Shown: in pieces, positions 12,936 to 27,000 of the stretch
How the letters are laid out: each line of letters opens with the position of its first letter
How positions within the stretch are numbered: position 1 is the stretch's first letter
Assembly (NCBI GenBank): GCA_051362555.1
Contig: CM120641.1
Location: forward strand, 48,490,401 to 48,554,400
DNA: 64,000 nt
Source: Lingula anatina
Taxonomy: Eukaryota > Animalia > Brachiopoda
Direction: 5' to 3'
Notes under the pieces: generated by a model
What the model was told of the DNA's origin: nothing
What the model saw: only the letters and a program-made list of their open reading frames with translations
Database searches by the model: none
Translations under genes and position numbers: made by a program

Positions 12936-15866
12936 ATTGTACCACCAGCGTTAGCGCTGGCGGTACACATGGTTTCGGTCCCGTCCGGATCGTTCCGCCG
13001 GCTCCGCCGGCTCCGCCGGCTCTGCCGGCTCCGTTGGCTCCGCCGGACGGCTACCGTTACCGCTTCTCCTCCTAGACGGTAAGGGCCCCCGTACCCATCT
13101 CATGGATTTAGGTCACCTATAATCTCAACTCGTTCCACGTAAAATTTGGGCTTTGTCGGTATTGGGGTCTGGGTGTGGCACTCATTGCAATGCACCCTTG
13201 TCTAAAAATGGCAAAATTAAATGCTAATTATCTACCCTACGGAAGGAGTTATGGGAAAAATTTCTATAGACGGCTTTCCAAAAGTCATATGTGTAGATTT
13301 CAAATATACCCTTGGATTTGACCTTTGACCTTTACTTCAAGGTCAAATGGGCCAAAATTTTCAAAAAAATGAAATTTTTTACGAAAAAAATTTTTTTTGC
13401 CCTGTTATTCAGACACCACACAGACTTAACCAATAATATTATTGGAAAGTGTTACTCTTCAGGTCATCTTTCATCTCTATGAATTTGGGGTCAATCGGTG
13501 CATTTTCACGGGAGTAACGGCCATAAGATACCGAAACTGAAAACTGTCTGTAATTCGGGAACCGTTAATGCTAGAGACCCATTCTTTTTTGCATTTTGTA
13601 GAGCATGTAAAGCCCAACACTGGAGGTGGTCTCGGTTTTTTTGTATTCCATACGGTTTTCGAGTTACGCTGTATCAAAAAGTACATATTGGTGGTAAAAG
13701 CAAAATGTGCAGTACGGTAATGGATAATAAATTTTGAACTCTGGAAAAATAAAACATAAGGCTTGGCAAAGCAGACAACTTGTGTTCAAAAATGACATTA
13801 TTTCATCAAATTTGAACTTCTGAAACTTCAGAGCACCTCCTATTTCAAGAATTTTGACCAAAATGACATTTTCTTTATTTTAATTAATTTTTTCTGTACG
13901 AAATTTAAGGCACATTATGGTAACTCCAAAATTATAACATTTAGTCCCTTATATCTCCAAAACTGGCAGAGATAGGTCCATAGTTACTATTGAAGTTGAA
14001 TAGGAAGTCATATACTGGCAATCTTACTATGACCTTGAAAGTGACCTTTGACCTACTTTTCACCATGAACTGAACTTTGCAAATTTTTTTTCCCTTTTAT
14101 CTCCAAAACTGGCAGAGATAGGTCCATAGTTACTATTGAAGTTGAATAGGAAGTCATATACTGGCAATCTTACTATGACCTTGAAAGTGACCTTTGACCT
14201 ACTTTTCACCATGAACTGAACTTTGCAAATTTTTCTTCCCTTTTATCTCCAAAACTGGCAGAGATAGGTCCATAGTTACTATTGAACTTGAATAGGAAGT
14301 CATATACTGGCAATCTAAATGTGACCTTAAAATTGACCTTTGACCTACTTTTCACCATAAACTGAACTTTGCAAAATTTGCTTCCCTTTTATCTCCAAAA
14401 CTGGCAGAGATAGGTCCATAGTTACTATTGAACTTGAATAGGAAGTCATATACTGGCAATCTAAATGTGACCTTAAAATTGACCTTTGACCTACTTTACA
14501 CCATGAACTGAATTTTGCAAATTTTGCTTTCCTTTTATCTCCAAAACTGGCTGAGATAGGTCCGTAGTTACTATTGAACTTGAATAGGAAGTCATATACT
14601 GGCAATCTAAATGTGACCTTAAAATTGACCTTTGACCTACTTTACACCATGAACTGAATTTTGCAAATTTTGCTTTCCTTTTATCTCCAAAACTGGCTGA
14701 GATAGGTCCGTAGTTACTATTGAACTTGAATAGGAAGTCATATACTGGCAATCTAAATGTGACCTCAAAATTGACCTTTGACCTACTTTTCACCATAAAC
14801 TGAACTTTGCAAATTTTGCTTCCCTTTTATCTCCAAAACTGGCAGAGATAGGTCCATAGTTACTATTGAACTTGAATAGGAAGTTATATACTGGCCATCT
14901 AAATGTGACCTTGAAATTGACCTTTGACCTACTTTTCACCATGAACTGAATTTTGCAAATTTTGCTTCCCTTTTATCTCCAAAACTGGCTGAGATAGGTC
15001 CATAGTTACTATTGAACTTGAATAGGAAGTCATATACTGGCAATCTAAATGTGACCTTGAAATTGACCTTTGACCTACTTTTCACCATGAACTGAACTTT
15101 GCAAATTTTGCTTTCCTTTTATCTCCAAAACTGGCAGAGATAGGTCCATAGTTACAATTGAACTTGAAAAGGAAGTCATATACTGGCAATCTAAATGTGA
15201 CCTTAAAATTGACCTTTGACCTACTTTACACCATAAACTGAATTTTGCAAATTTTGCTTCCCTTTTATCTCCAAAACTGGCTGAGATAGGTCCGTAGTTA
15301 CTATTGAACTTGAATAGGAAGTCATATACTGGCATTATAAATGTGACATTAAAATTGACCTTTGTCTTACTTTTCACCATAAACTGAACTTTGCAAATTT
15401 TGCTTCCCTTTTATCTCCAAAACTGGCAGAGATAGGTCCATAGTTACTATTGAACTTGAATAGAAAGTCATATACTGGCAATCTAAATGTGACCTTGAAA
15501 TTGACCTTTGACCTACTTTTTATCATGAACTGAACTCTGCTAATTTCTTTCTCTTTTAACTTCAAACTTGACAGAGATAGGTCCATAGTTACTCTTGAAC
15601 TTGAATAGGAAGTCATATACTGGCAATTTACTGTGACCTTGAAATTGACCCTTGACCTACCTTACGAAGAACTTAAATTTGATTGTACCATATATATTTT
15701 TTGCAATAGTTTAAAAATTCTTGTTGATTGCATTTTTACAGCTTGTCAAGCACAAAACTGGTGGCTGTGTCCCTTATTTTGTGTATGTGGGGGTCTATAC
15801 GAATGCGCTTGCTCCAGCTGGTGGTACAATATTCGGAGGCGGTATCGCCTCTCTGATCCTCTAGTT
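12936..15866 (+). mobile_element. Non-autonomous Helentron-type element (HINE/DINE-1-like) with an internal ~146-bp satellite array
   Basis: 14-bp subterminal inverted repeats attgtaccaccagc (12936-12949) / gctggtggtacaat (15817-15830); 5' hairpin; (cggctccgc)n microsatellite; 3' stem-loop gaggcg-gtat-cgcctc; ends ctagtt. Confidence 0.82.
13940..15660. repeat. About 12 tandem copies of a 145-146-bp unit inside the HINE
   Basis: aaaactggcagagataggtccatagttactattgaa recurs at about 13960, 14106, 14251, 14397, 14543 and onward. Confidence 0.95.
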
Positions 15867-16520
15867 GTAAATGTCTCAAGCATGATTTGTCTTTGTCACC
15901 GATATTAACTTATAAATGAAGCCCCCAGTGCCATAAGATACATGAGAGGTCCATATTGAGAGAGTGTAATTTCACTTTGATATATAATCTGCCAAATCAT
16001 GGCTTGTATTATGTCACTCGGACTCCACAGAGAGAAAATAGTAAAGAAACAAAGAGAAATATACTTGCTGGCTCAAAAGTGAGCTAAAAAGTCTTTTCAT
16101 CCTTTCAGCATCTGCAAATTAAAAAAATGTGGTCTTTCAGATGATTAGGTAATGTAATGAATGAGAGAGAGACTGTTTCTGAATTATTTTCTGCTACCAT
16201 AATCTGTGGTTTCCTTTTCTTTGAAGATTTCCTTCTATGTAATTTGGTTTGTTTTCAGCTCTGCTCCAGTCTTAATATCATCAATGGAAATACATGATCT
16301 TCAGATACGTTATTTGGAAATTGACAATCTGACATACAGATTAATCCAATTTTATTTATGACTAAGTAAATGTAATAGAACTTACCACCCTCTTAAAATA
16401 ATCTTTAAAAAAATAACCCCTTTAGAGTGACAAAAGAAATTGTCGTCCATGTTATTTATTTTGAAATGTCATTTTAGATATAGAATTTGATTAATTTTTT
16501 TGTTCTTTTTTCTTTTCAAG

Positions 16521-16602
16521 GCAATCCAAAGAGAGGAAGAAAGCTGACAAAATCATAGTTGACAGTCAGGAAAAGGCATTCTGGAGAGTTCAGAGACCAC
16601 CG
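16521..16602 (+). CDS. RGS9-like: RGS exon, DHEX C-terminal part (QSKERKKADKIIVDSQEKAFWRVQRPP)
   Basis: ttttcaag acceptor and gtaagt donor; matches the R7 RGS DSQE.AFW.V.RP motif. Confidence 0.92.
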
Positions 16603-19600
16603 GTAAGTAGATATCTACCAACAAAGTACCTGATTTAAGAAGACAATTTTAGTGCTTTAGAAACACAGGAGACCATATATACATGTCTTTACAGAACCAC
16701 TGGGATTGGTGTCGTGGGAGGTATCAAGAATCTGGTAGAATGAAGCTTGATTTTGTTAAGTACAGTGCCCTTGGAGAGATGTTCTGACTTCAGATTTGAG
16801 AAACTCTCCCTTACACGCCCCACTTCATGCATTTCTCCCTCTGAGTCCTGTAACAAGGCCATGACATTGACGCATTTATCCCTCTCTGGCCTCCCCCCCC
16901 AAAAAAAAACAACGGCCAAAAAAGATTATCTACCTTCTGCTTAATTTAATGCATAGAGTTGTTTTAGTCAAGATTGTCTCTTCTCTACCTTATCGTGGTA
17001 CGTAGAATGGAGAGTGGAGTTGCTTTAAAGTAAAAAAAATGATATTGTTTAAATTTTCATGTTCTGTGAAGTCAACAAGAAGTTGAGTTATTTCAAAATA
17101 GCGCTTAATTTGTCATGTGTAATTATGAATTGAAAGAAATCAATATCTGTGTCTGTACTGGTCCATGCTAACATGTATTTTGCCCTTTTTAGCTTCACAT
17201 TTTAGGCTTATGGAAGACTTCGTAATATGTAACTTATTGCCAGGTAGTATTATATCAATTAATTGAATAGTTAATTTATCAATTTACTAAAAAACTCAAC
17301 GTTTTTCTGACCAAACTTTTCAGCTGTCTGAGTAACACAAACACTATTTTATGGTGATTCTTGAAAATAGAGGTACAACTCTTTGATTTTATAATTAGGT
17401 ATGGGAAAATCTTTAAAATTGATAAGATTTTTTAAAACAGCTGCAGATGTATCAGGATATTAAAATAAAAAAGGGGTAAAAAGAGAAAACTTCCCCATCC
17501 TTTTCATGCTTTTCTGTGAAATATCTGTTGAATGTTTTATCGATTCTTTGTAGAAAAAGTTTTTTCAAGGCCTTTAGAGTTGTAGCCAGTGTGATTAATG
17601 AGTATAGGAAAGCCGCATAGTGATTCCCTGATTGGAAGAATAATCTACTGTTTCAACAGTTAGGGGGCAGCCAAGTTAATTTGATACGGTGTACCACGAG
17701 TGATTGGTATTGATTTAAGCAACAAGTCAATGCAGCCGAGGTTACTGCGATGACCTTGAGATTAGATTCATAGAAATCAAATTGCAATGGGGATTAAAGA
17801 ATTGCAGCCTAGAAATGCAATATCTGTTATTCTAAATGGGGATGAAAAAAATAGAGAAAAACTCTTTCCTGTGACCCTGCAAAAGGAACTAGTTGAAGAT
17901 ATTTTTGTCTTTGTGTTGTTGCTTTTCCTAGAATTTTGTCTGAAAATCTTATATTCACTGGTTCTGGCATTTGTAACAATATTTAGTACTCAGACACTTT
18001 CCCATAACTAATAACGTGTTGCCTCTCCAGGCAGACGGCTATATCTACAGACCAAACCAGAGCACCTGTGCCAGGAAGAGCCTCACAATACAATAACAGC
18101 AATCTCAATTACCAGAGTGACTCTCCAGGGAGCCAGCAAAATCTGAATCTTTAATTTTTTTAGTTTTTTTAAATTTAGAATGAAGTGTTGCTTCTATACA
18201 GAATAGTTGCATGTGTTTGATGCTTAGCCGAAAAATTATTTGATGGCCATTGAAATAGTATCTCTGTATCTCAAGCACTGCTCTGAAACATACGTGTAAG
18301 AGCAACATAATTAATGTGGCTTAGTCCCATAGGGATTAGATGTTTGATTTGAGGTAGTAGAAAAAAACATAATGCACTATAGTTTTATGAAGTTATTACA
18401 AAATCCTTAAAAAATGTTGGCTCCCAAGTGCCCCAGTCACGTCCCCTGCACTGTCAGGCTTTCAGTGTGGCCTATGAACAGAGTAACCCTTTTAAAATCC
18501 AAGTAGCGCCATTTATGGATTGGTGGCTTGGACGGCTGGCTTAATGGTATTGACTTGTATTCTGCCATGTTATCGTTGTTATCAGCAGTTGCCACCCAGT
18601 GATCAACATTCAGGCTTTCAGTGGCTTTTGCTTCTGCCAATATAGCAGCGGAGTGGGACTGAGTGAGAACAGTAATTGTGTTACTGGCAGAACTAGAACT
18701 GGAGACATAGTACAGAGATGGTGCTCTGAGAAGACTGCCTATGTTTGTGTTCAAAGTGGCCTGGAGAGCTGTCTGCTGTAGAAAGGTGGGACAGGGGGTG
18801 TCTGCTGTAAAAAGATGGGGACCCAGGACTGGGAGGGGGTGTCTGGTGTAGAAAGGTGGGACCCAGGACTGGGAGGGGGTGTCTGCTGTAGAAAGGTGGG
18901 ACAGGGAGGTGTCTTCTGTAGATAGAGGGTGTGTGTTGTAGTAGGGTGGGACAGAAAGAGCTCTGCTGTAGAAAGGTGGGATAGGGAGAGCTGTCTGCTA
19001 TAGAAAGGTGGGACATGGGGTGTCTTCTGTAGCAAGGTTGGACAGGGGGGTGTCTGCTACAGAAAGGTGGGACCCAGGACTGGGAGGGGGTGTCTGCTGT
19101 AGAAAGGTGGGACAGGGAGGTGTCTGCTGTAGAAAGGTGGGACAGGGGGTGTCTTCTGTATATAGGGGGTGTCTGTTGTAGAAAGGTGGAGCAGAGAGAG
19201 CTCTGCGTAGAAAAGTAGGATAGGGAGAGCTGTCTGCTGTAGAAAGGTGGGACAGGGGGTGTCTGTTGTAGAAAGGTGGGACCCAGGACTGGGAGTGGGT
19301 GTATGCTGTAGCAAGGTTGGACAGGGGGGTGTCTGCTGTAGAAAGGTGGGGCAAGGGGTATCTGCTGTAGAAAGTTAAGACCTGGGCTTGGGGAGGGTGT
19401 CTGCTGTAGAAAGGTGGAACTAGGGGTGCTCTGCTGTAGAAAGGTGGGACAGTGGGTTCTCTGCTGTCGAAAGTTGGGACAGAGGGTTCTCTGCTGTAGA
19501 AAGGTGGGACAGAGGGTTCTCTGCTGTGGAAAAGTGGAACAGGGGAAGAGGGTATCTGCTGTAAAGTTGGAACTGGGGGTGGCTGCTGTGGAAAGGAAGG

Positions 19601-22600
19601 ATGTGGGACTTGGGGAGCTGCTGTAGAAAGGTGGGATCTACCCTTAGGGGGTGTTGTAAAGGTGGGACTGGGAAAGGGGTGTCTGCTGTAGAATTGGCTG
19701 CCTCATTAGAGAAATTTATAACAGTAATTTGCTTAAAAGTAAAATCACTTCCTGAGATATGACACATATTTGTAGTGGTATATGATGGCCATTTAGTTCA
19801 ATTATTGAGGCTTAATTGATCAACAGCACTTCACAAGGTTTGGGTGTTGGTGAGTTGAATGTGGCAGTTTAGCTGTAGTCAATTTTGAACTTTTGAACAA
19901 TTTTGTCTTAATTCAACTAAACTTACAAACAAATGATAATAGTTGATAGCAAGAAGCGAACTGATCCCTGCATCTCCAGTGACGATATCCCCTTGATTCA
20001 GTGATAAATAAAGGAGGGGTTGTTGGGGGGGGGGGGGGGGCATTTCTAGAGGTGCAGATATCTACTCCCACGAAGTAAAAACCTGGCTTGGAGTGGATTT
20101 AGTTTCAGTCTCTGTACAGCACATTAGTTCTGCTGCACTTTTAAGATAAAACCTCAAGTAATTGAGTTCTAGGAATAATATTTTCAGACAGTTTAGTTCT
20201 CTTCATCTGTTAACATGATTGGTGTATTGATTGCTGAATATTTGAATGCCCCGTGGGAACTGACCAATGATTATTTAGAACTCATGGTGCCCTTTGGGAA
20301 CTGACCAATGATTGCAGAGAGCTGTGATATGCTTAGGGAATTGGCCAATGATTATTGAGTACTTGGGTGCATTCTGTGAAACTTGCCAATCATTCCATTC
20401 TGCTGTGACTTGACATTGACCATGCTGATTTGATGATAGTGTCTTGCACAACAATGGGATACTCTTCTGGAAAATCCTAATTATGAGAGTCAGTTCATGG
20501 AATATGTTGTATCTTGGTGGTTACTTGGACATTTAAACCAAAAGTTTTATAAGCTGCCAGGGATATCCTAATAGTTTGTATAAGTTGTTCGTTCTCAGTG
20601 GCCTCAGTAAGGGATGAGATTTTTCAGACTAGCATCAGATTTCCAGCTTTTGGAAAGCCATAAATAACATTGGCCTAGGCAGCCCTGGGGTTCCCTCGCC
20701 ATATTTTTATGTACAGACACAGATGTGTCTGTACATATTGCCATCACCTGCATCTGTCGTCGCCGTCGCCGATGCCGGCGCCGTGCACTTTGCTTGTAAA
20801 CACGATAAGTGGAAGGCAGTTTTACTTTTTGGCTTTATATTTACAGAGCTGATGAATATTCATAAAACGCAAGTCAAGGTCGAAAATCAGCATGATCGGG
20901 CCATTAATGTAGAAGTTATGCTGTTTTTTCACTTTTCAGCATATATGCAACACTGTAAACACATTTCAAGGAAAACCGATAGGCCTGTTGTTATGAAACT
21001 CACAGGAGTAATCGATCTTACTAAAATGCAGGTTGAGTTTGTAAATCAGCATAATCATGCCATTATTTTAGAAGTCATGCTGTTTTTTCACATTTCCTCA
21101 GATCATGTTAACAGTTTCATTATTTAATTAATAAGATACGTAAAAGTGTTTGTTTGACATTTCCTGCATCTTTACAACATTGTTAGTTGATTTTGTAAAA
21201 ATAATGGTATACTTGTTATCGTGTATTGCGTAATAAAGTTTCAAAAATGGAAATAAAATCGTATCATTGCAGTTTGTCAGATTCAATCATTCACAATGTT
21301 CAGAATCTCAGAATGAAAGAAATTGGACATTTAACACTGCTCTATTGATATTTTTCCCATCTCATCAATTTTCTTAGTTGATCATATAAAAATGGCAGTA
21401 AACTGTTAACTTTGTTTTATGTTAAAAATTGTTAAAAATGGAAAAAAAAAACATTTCAGAACAGTGCTGTCTTGTTTAACTTTTTCACCAAATGGCATTC
21501 CTGTCTCTGCATACTACTGGTCATAGCCAGAGATAAGATATACCTAACAACAGAGAAAGTGATACAGAAACAAGTTGCAAAGGGCCAATTTTTCCTTATT
21601 ACTGTGTCATAAGCAAACACATAATAGAGGTAATATGAGTGAGTAAACTAATATTCACAGCTAAGTCAAAAAGTCAAGTCAGTGGCAAACATTACATTCA
21701 TCATCCATCAGTAAAAACTGATCACTGCGTCTGTTCAGTCAATATCAGCAGGCAGTAGATCAAATATGTCATAAAGATGAAAAGCTGGGGGCTCTGTTAA
21801 ATGCAGTGTAATGAATGGATGTTTGATTCTGTGATTTTTCATTGAGGTATTATGTATCATGTGAGAAGCTAAGAGAGCAGGGATATGACCTGTTTGGTAT
21901 GGCCCAATTCATTATTTTTATCACAGAAAGAAAGGAAAGTATGTAATGTCAAGAAGACATGTCCAAGGTATACATTATGAACAGTGTAGAGCTGTTTGTT
22001 ATCCCGTAGCAAAATATCACTCCTCATGCATTATTGCTGTAAACTGCAATTCCTTCTTTCAAATTCGTAGCAAATTTGCTGCAATATGGCTCCAAATTAG
22101 CAGCAATAATTTTTTTCTTGCAAACTCCTGCAAAATCGTTGCAGCAAACTTTTCATTTTGCTAAGGGATGTTCCTGATAGGCAGCATTTACAAACCAGAT
22201 GGTTATAACAAACAGCATTGGCCTTTAAAAAAATAATTAAGTTTTTTTTTCTTTCAGCCTGGTCAGACACGCTGTCTGGATGAAGCTGTGACAAGACACA
22301 TTAAACCAACCTTAAAGAAGAAGACTGTAGAAACATGTCAGCGCGAGGTGGGTTATGGGAAACAATTTTGGTGGTTTTGGTGGTGAAAGAAAGCAGTGAT
22401 AACAAATTGAGTAAACAGACATCAAGTAACACTTTCCTTTTTTTTTATTAAAGTTGATGATTAAGTTTTCTGTTATAAAGACAAAAAGCAAGATGTAATT
22501 TTAAACTAATGAATGATTGAAACAATTCTTTTCTTAATATGTACTCAAACATTCTGTATATTTGCAAGGATTACCGCCTAAAGCTGTTGTTCTTCTAAAT

Positions 22601-24021
22601 GATGGTTTGTGATATAAAATTTTGTATTTTTAGATTGCATTTCTACAAAGGTCACAAAAAAGGCCAAGATTAAAAATATCAAAAGCTGCAGAGAGGTATG
22701 TATTGTTAGCTTAAGTGATTTTATCTTTTTAAAAAAAATTTTTCCATGTACAAAAAAGTAGACATATGGGTAATGCAGCAGACTTGATTTTTTTTTCATT
22801 TTTGCCATCAAATTATATTATCGATTATTCATCTGATGCTTTCAAAGCACTTCCAAATCCCAAATCTGGATAAAACATGGATTAAACAAATCTTGGCTTC
22901 ATTGCCAAGTACTTGTCACAAATAATATCTTCATACTTTTGACCTGCTACCCATTTAATAAGATGATTGTTGTAAACAAAGCAGTAGGCAAGGCCATGGC
23001 ATGGGGAAAAGAAATAATTTAGGTTCACTGATGGAGATGGGGTCTTGTTTTTTAAAATGTTTTAGAAATTATATAATTAGCAAAGATGTATGTTATAGAT
23101 GTAGTGACCAAGTTGACTTCATAATATAATCCAGCCAGGCCTGAGATTTATTTTTCTGGCTAATTCCAGCATTCTCCTGTTCAGCGAGCAGTACTACTCC
23201 CATGATCCTTTTCTCTCTGCGGTCCCACCGTCCAATCCGTGGCTGTCTGACGACACACTGTGGTGGGAACTGAACACGCCTCTGTAAGTCTTGGTTCACA
23301 GGACCATTCCCAGACCCTATCGTATTTACTGTGGATCGCTCTATCTCCAAGGGGATTCTCACTAAATTACTATCAATTGAAGCGGCTTAGATGTCTGGCA
23401 TGCCTACTGAAGCTGCTAGGGGGTAATTAATTATGGTTTAACAGCTTCAGTAGGCGTGCCAGACATCTAAACTGCTTAAGCTGACATCAATTAAATGAGA
23501 AACCCCTTGGAGATGAATGGATCCTGTTAGATCAATCAAGGTATGGGAACCCAGTCTAACACCCCATTTCCATAGATTAGATCGACCTACTTTAGATCGA
23601 CCTAACTCCCTGGGGGTTCACGCTAAATAGCTGTCAGCCGGGCGGACACGAAAGTTAATTATCCCCTTACAGCTTGTAGTAGGCAGGACGGACATTTAAG
23701 TCGGATTATCTGAAAGTAATCTAATGAGACTCCCCGCGGGGATAGATCGATCTAAAATCTATGGGAATAGAGCCTAAGTCTTGGTTTACAGGAATGGCTG
23801 CTTGATTCAGCTTGTCTGTTACCATTCCCACATAGTAACTCCCCTACATCAACACTCTTTAGCATCATTACCTCCCACGTTATTACTCCTGTACAGTAAA
23901 GTTATGATATAACCCACGTCAATGGGCCACCATATCCATATGATAACATGATGGGGGAGAGTTACTGTGCAGGGATGTACTGGGCAGCCACTTGAGGTGG
24001 TCAAATACAAAATATGACAAT

Positions 24022-24071
<50 letters not shown>

Positions 24072-27000
24072 CTTTTAGAATTGTTTTGGGGAATGAAGCT
24101 TTCAACTTTATTGTTTAAATGAAGAGAAAAATTATACATTGTGTCCTTGAAAAAAAAATACAGAGAGTACATTCTTTATTTTGCTCCATTCTAGAAATGA
24201 AGAGCTAATATTTAAATTATCTTTGCATTTGATAATAAGAACCAGGTATATGGTAAGGATTAAAAATTGTTTGCTTCATGAATAACATAAAGCTGACCAA
24301 TTTTTTTAATCTGTAGGTAATGGTGAAAAAGTTCATAGATAATAAGAATTTGACCTATTTTTGTAGAGTTGACACCCCATCTGAGTTGCGTATACGGAGA
24401 TGGGGCTTTAGCCTGGAAGAACTCCTCAAAGATCCCACGGGGATTGCAGAATTCGAAGAGTTCCTGAAGAAGGAGTTTAGTCAGGAAAACTTGCATTTTT
24501 GGTTAGCGTGTGAAGAAATCAAATACCTCCCAAAGTCCCTGGTAACAGAAAGGGTGCAGGCAATATACAGGTAAGCATCACTGGCTGTCTTTAAAAACAT
24601 GCAGAGGAAGGGAAATAGAGATCCTCTTCTGATTTTTTTAAGACTTAAGTGATTTTTATCATGTGACATTGAATATACATGTATATTTTGTGTATTGACT
24701 TGATAAAACTGTAGGGTAGAATGCAAGAGAGTCAACTACAGTGACTGATTCTGTCTATATATAATACACAGGGGCATATTTAGAAGACTATGAAATGACA
24801 GCACTTGTTAGTGCAGAGCTGATATAGACCTTGCTTTCAAACCTGTTATCAAACAGACTGATAATTGAAATTTCTCAGAAAGTCAGTTTTCCTGGAATAC
24901 CAATCTGGCACATGATTGAGCAAGTTTCCTTATTAACTGTGTGTTGATCAGATTATCTGTGTATAAACTGGTGCTGGAAATGTCTTCTTGGTGTGAGCTG
25001 TCAATATCCATGTAGCTAATGATGTCAACCCTAGGCCAGATAGGGACATGAAGCTATGTTGTTACTGAAGGTCAATGGGTCAATATCCATGTAGCTAATG
25101 ATGTCAACCCTAGGCCAGATAGGGACATGAAGCTATGTTGTTACTGAAGGTCAATGGGTCAATATCCATGTAGCTAATGATGTCAACCCTAGGCCAGATA
25201 GGGACATGAAGCTATGTTGTTACTGAAGGTCAATGGGTCAATATCCATGTAGCTAATGATGTCAACCCTAGGCCAGATAGGGACATGAAGCTATGTTGTT
25301 ACTGAAGGTCAATGGGTCAATATCCATGTAGCTAATGATGTCAACCCTAGGCCAGATAGGGACATGAAGCTATGTTGTTACTGAAGGTCAATGGGTCAAT
25401 ATCCATGTAGCTTATGATGTCAACCCTAGGCCAGATAGGGACATGAAGCTATGTTGTTACTGAAGGTCAATGGGTCAATATCCATGTAGCTTATGATGTC
25501 AACCCTAGGCCAGATAGGGACATGAAGCTATGTTGTTACTGAAGGTCAATATCCATGTAGCTAATGATGTCAACCCTAGGCCAGATAGGGACATGAAGCT
25601 ATGTTGTTACTGAAGGTCAATATCCATGTAGCTAATGATGTCAACCCTAGGCCAGATAGGGACATGAAGCTATGTTGTTACTGAAGGTCAATGGGTCAAT
25701 ATCCATGTAGCTAATGATGTCAACCCTAGGCCAGATAGGGACATGGAGCTATGTTGTTCCTATGGAGCTGTGTTGTTACCATGGAGCTATGTTGTTTTTG
25801 AAGGTCAATAGGTCAATGTGGAGAATTGGAAGTGTTACCATGGTGATGTTCTGCCATGTTCACTATCAGTTACTTCAGTGGAAAGTGATATAAATGTGAT
25901 CGTGGCTAATGTAGTTGGATTTGATTGGATTAGATTGGTTTTTAGGTAGTGATAATCTCCATGCTTTGATTGTATTACAGTACATTACAGAAGAATTAAA
26001 GTATTAGGTCAGGGGCCTAAACTTACACTGATGGGTATCTTATTTCTTCTTTCTGAAGATGGTCAAAAACGGAGAATGAATCAATAAAGATACTTTGGAA
26101 AACTGTCAGAAAATATCTGTGGATCTGCCTCTGTGGGTGAAATAGTCAAAGGACTGGAAATAATTAGATTTCAGTCTATTTTATAAAGACAAAACAAATT
26201 TGATGAATTTTGCAAGGACCAAAGTATAAATATCAAATTGTTTTGTAAATTAAATGTTTAATTAATTTATTCCCTCACTGTGTTTCAGTGCATTTCTGGC
26301 TCCTGGAGCCCCCCATGAAGTGAATGTAGACGGCAAGACATACGAGTTAACCCAGAAAGCTATAGAAAATCCAGACAGGTATATCAAGAGCTTTCTGCTT
26401 TTCCAAAGTTCTAAATTTCTATGGAATATCTGATATCTAACATAGTTTATGTCAGCAGATAAAAGATGTATTCTTTCCAGATGTTGAGATGTCATGATTC
26501 CAACAATTAATGGGCTGTGAATTAAGTTAGATCTTCAGAGCTGTAACTCAAATGTGACACCCAACTATTAGCAAACACATTATTTTTAAAAATTTTTAAT
26601 TCAAATTCTTTAATTCAAGACCTGTTATTTGCGTATTTAGGTTCACCTTCGATGCAGCTCAAAGTCACATCTTCCTCCTAATGAAAAAAGACAGCTATCA
26701 GCGTTACATGCGTTCAGAAGATTACCGGAATCTTCTAGAAACTGCTGCTCTACAACCTAATGCAAGGAAAGGAAGGCAAGTGATCCGTTTATTGATGTAT
26801 CATTTTGTGGTTGGTGTGAATGTGATAAATGCAGGCACTGGAATAAAAATGATGTGATTGTGAGAAAAGTTGGGCTTTTTCATTAGTATAACAGAGTAGT
26901 GTGGTTATTAATGGCTGTTAAACTTTCTATTCCAAACAAACTTGTTAATTTGCAGATTTTTCAACTTTGGAAGCACCAAATCCAAGAAGAGTCCCCAGCC

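Noticed and set aside
14345-15616. Repeated minus-strand ORFs in the 146-bp array
   Set aside because: Satellite translations; the unit is not a multiple of 3 and shows no domain similarity.
20723-21127. 134-aa ORF, with similar short ORFs at 53784, 56900 and 57619
   Set aside because: They are chance frames in the non-autonomous HINE family 2 repeat, with no Rep/helicase or transposase motifs.
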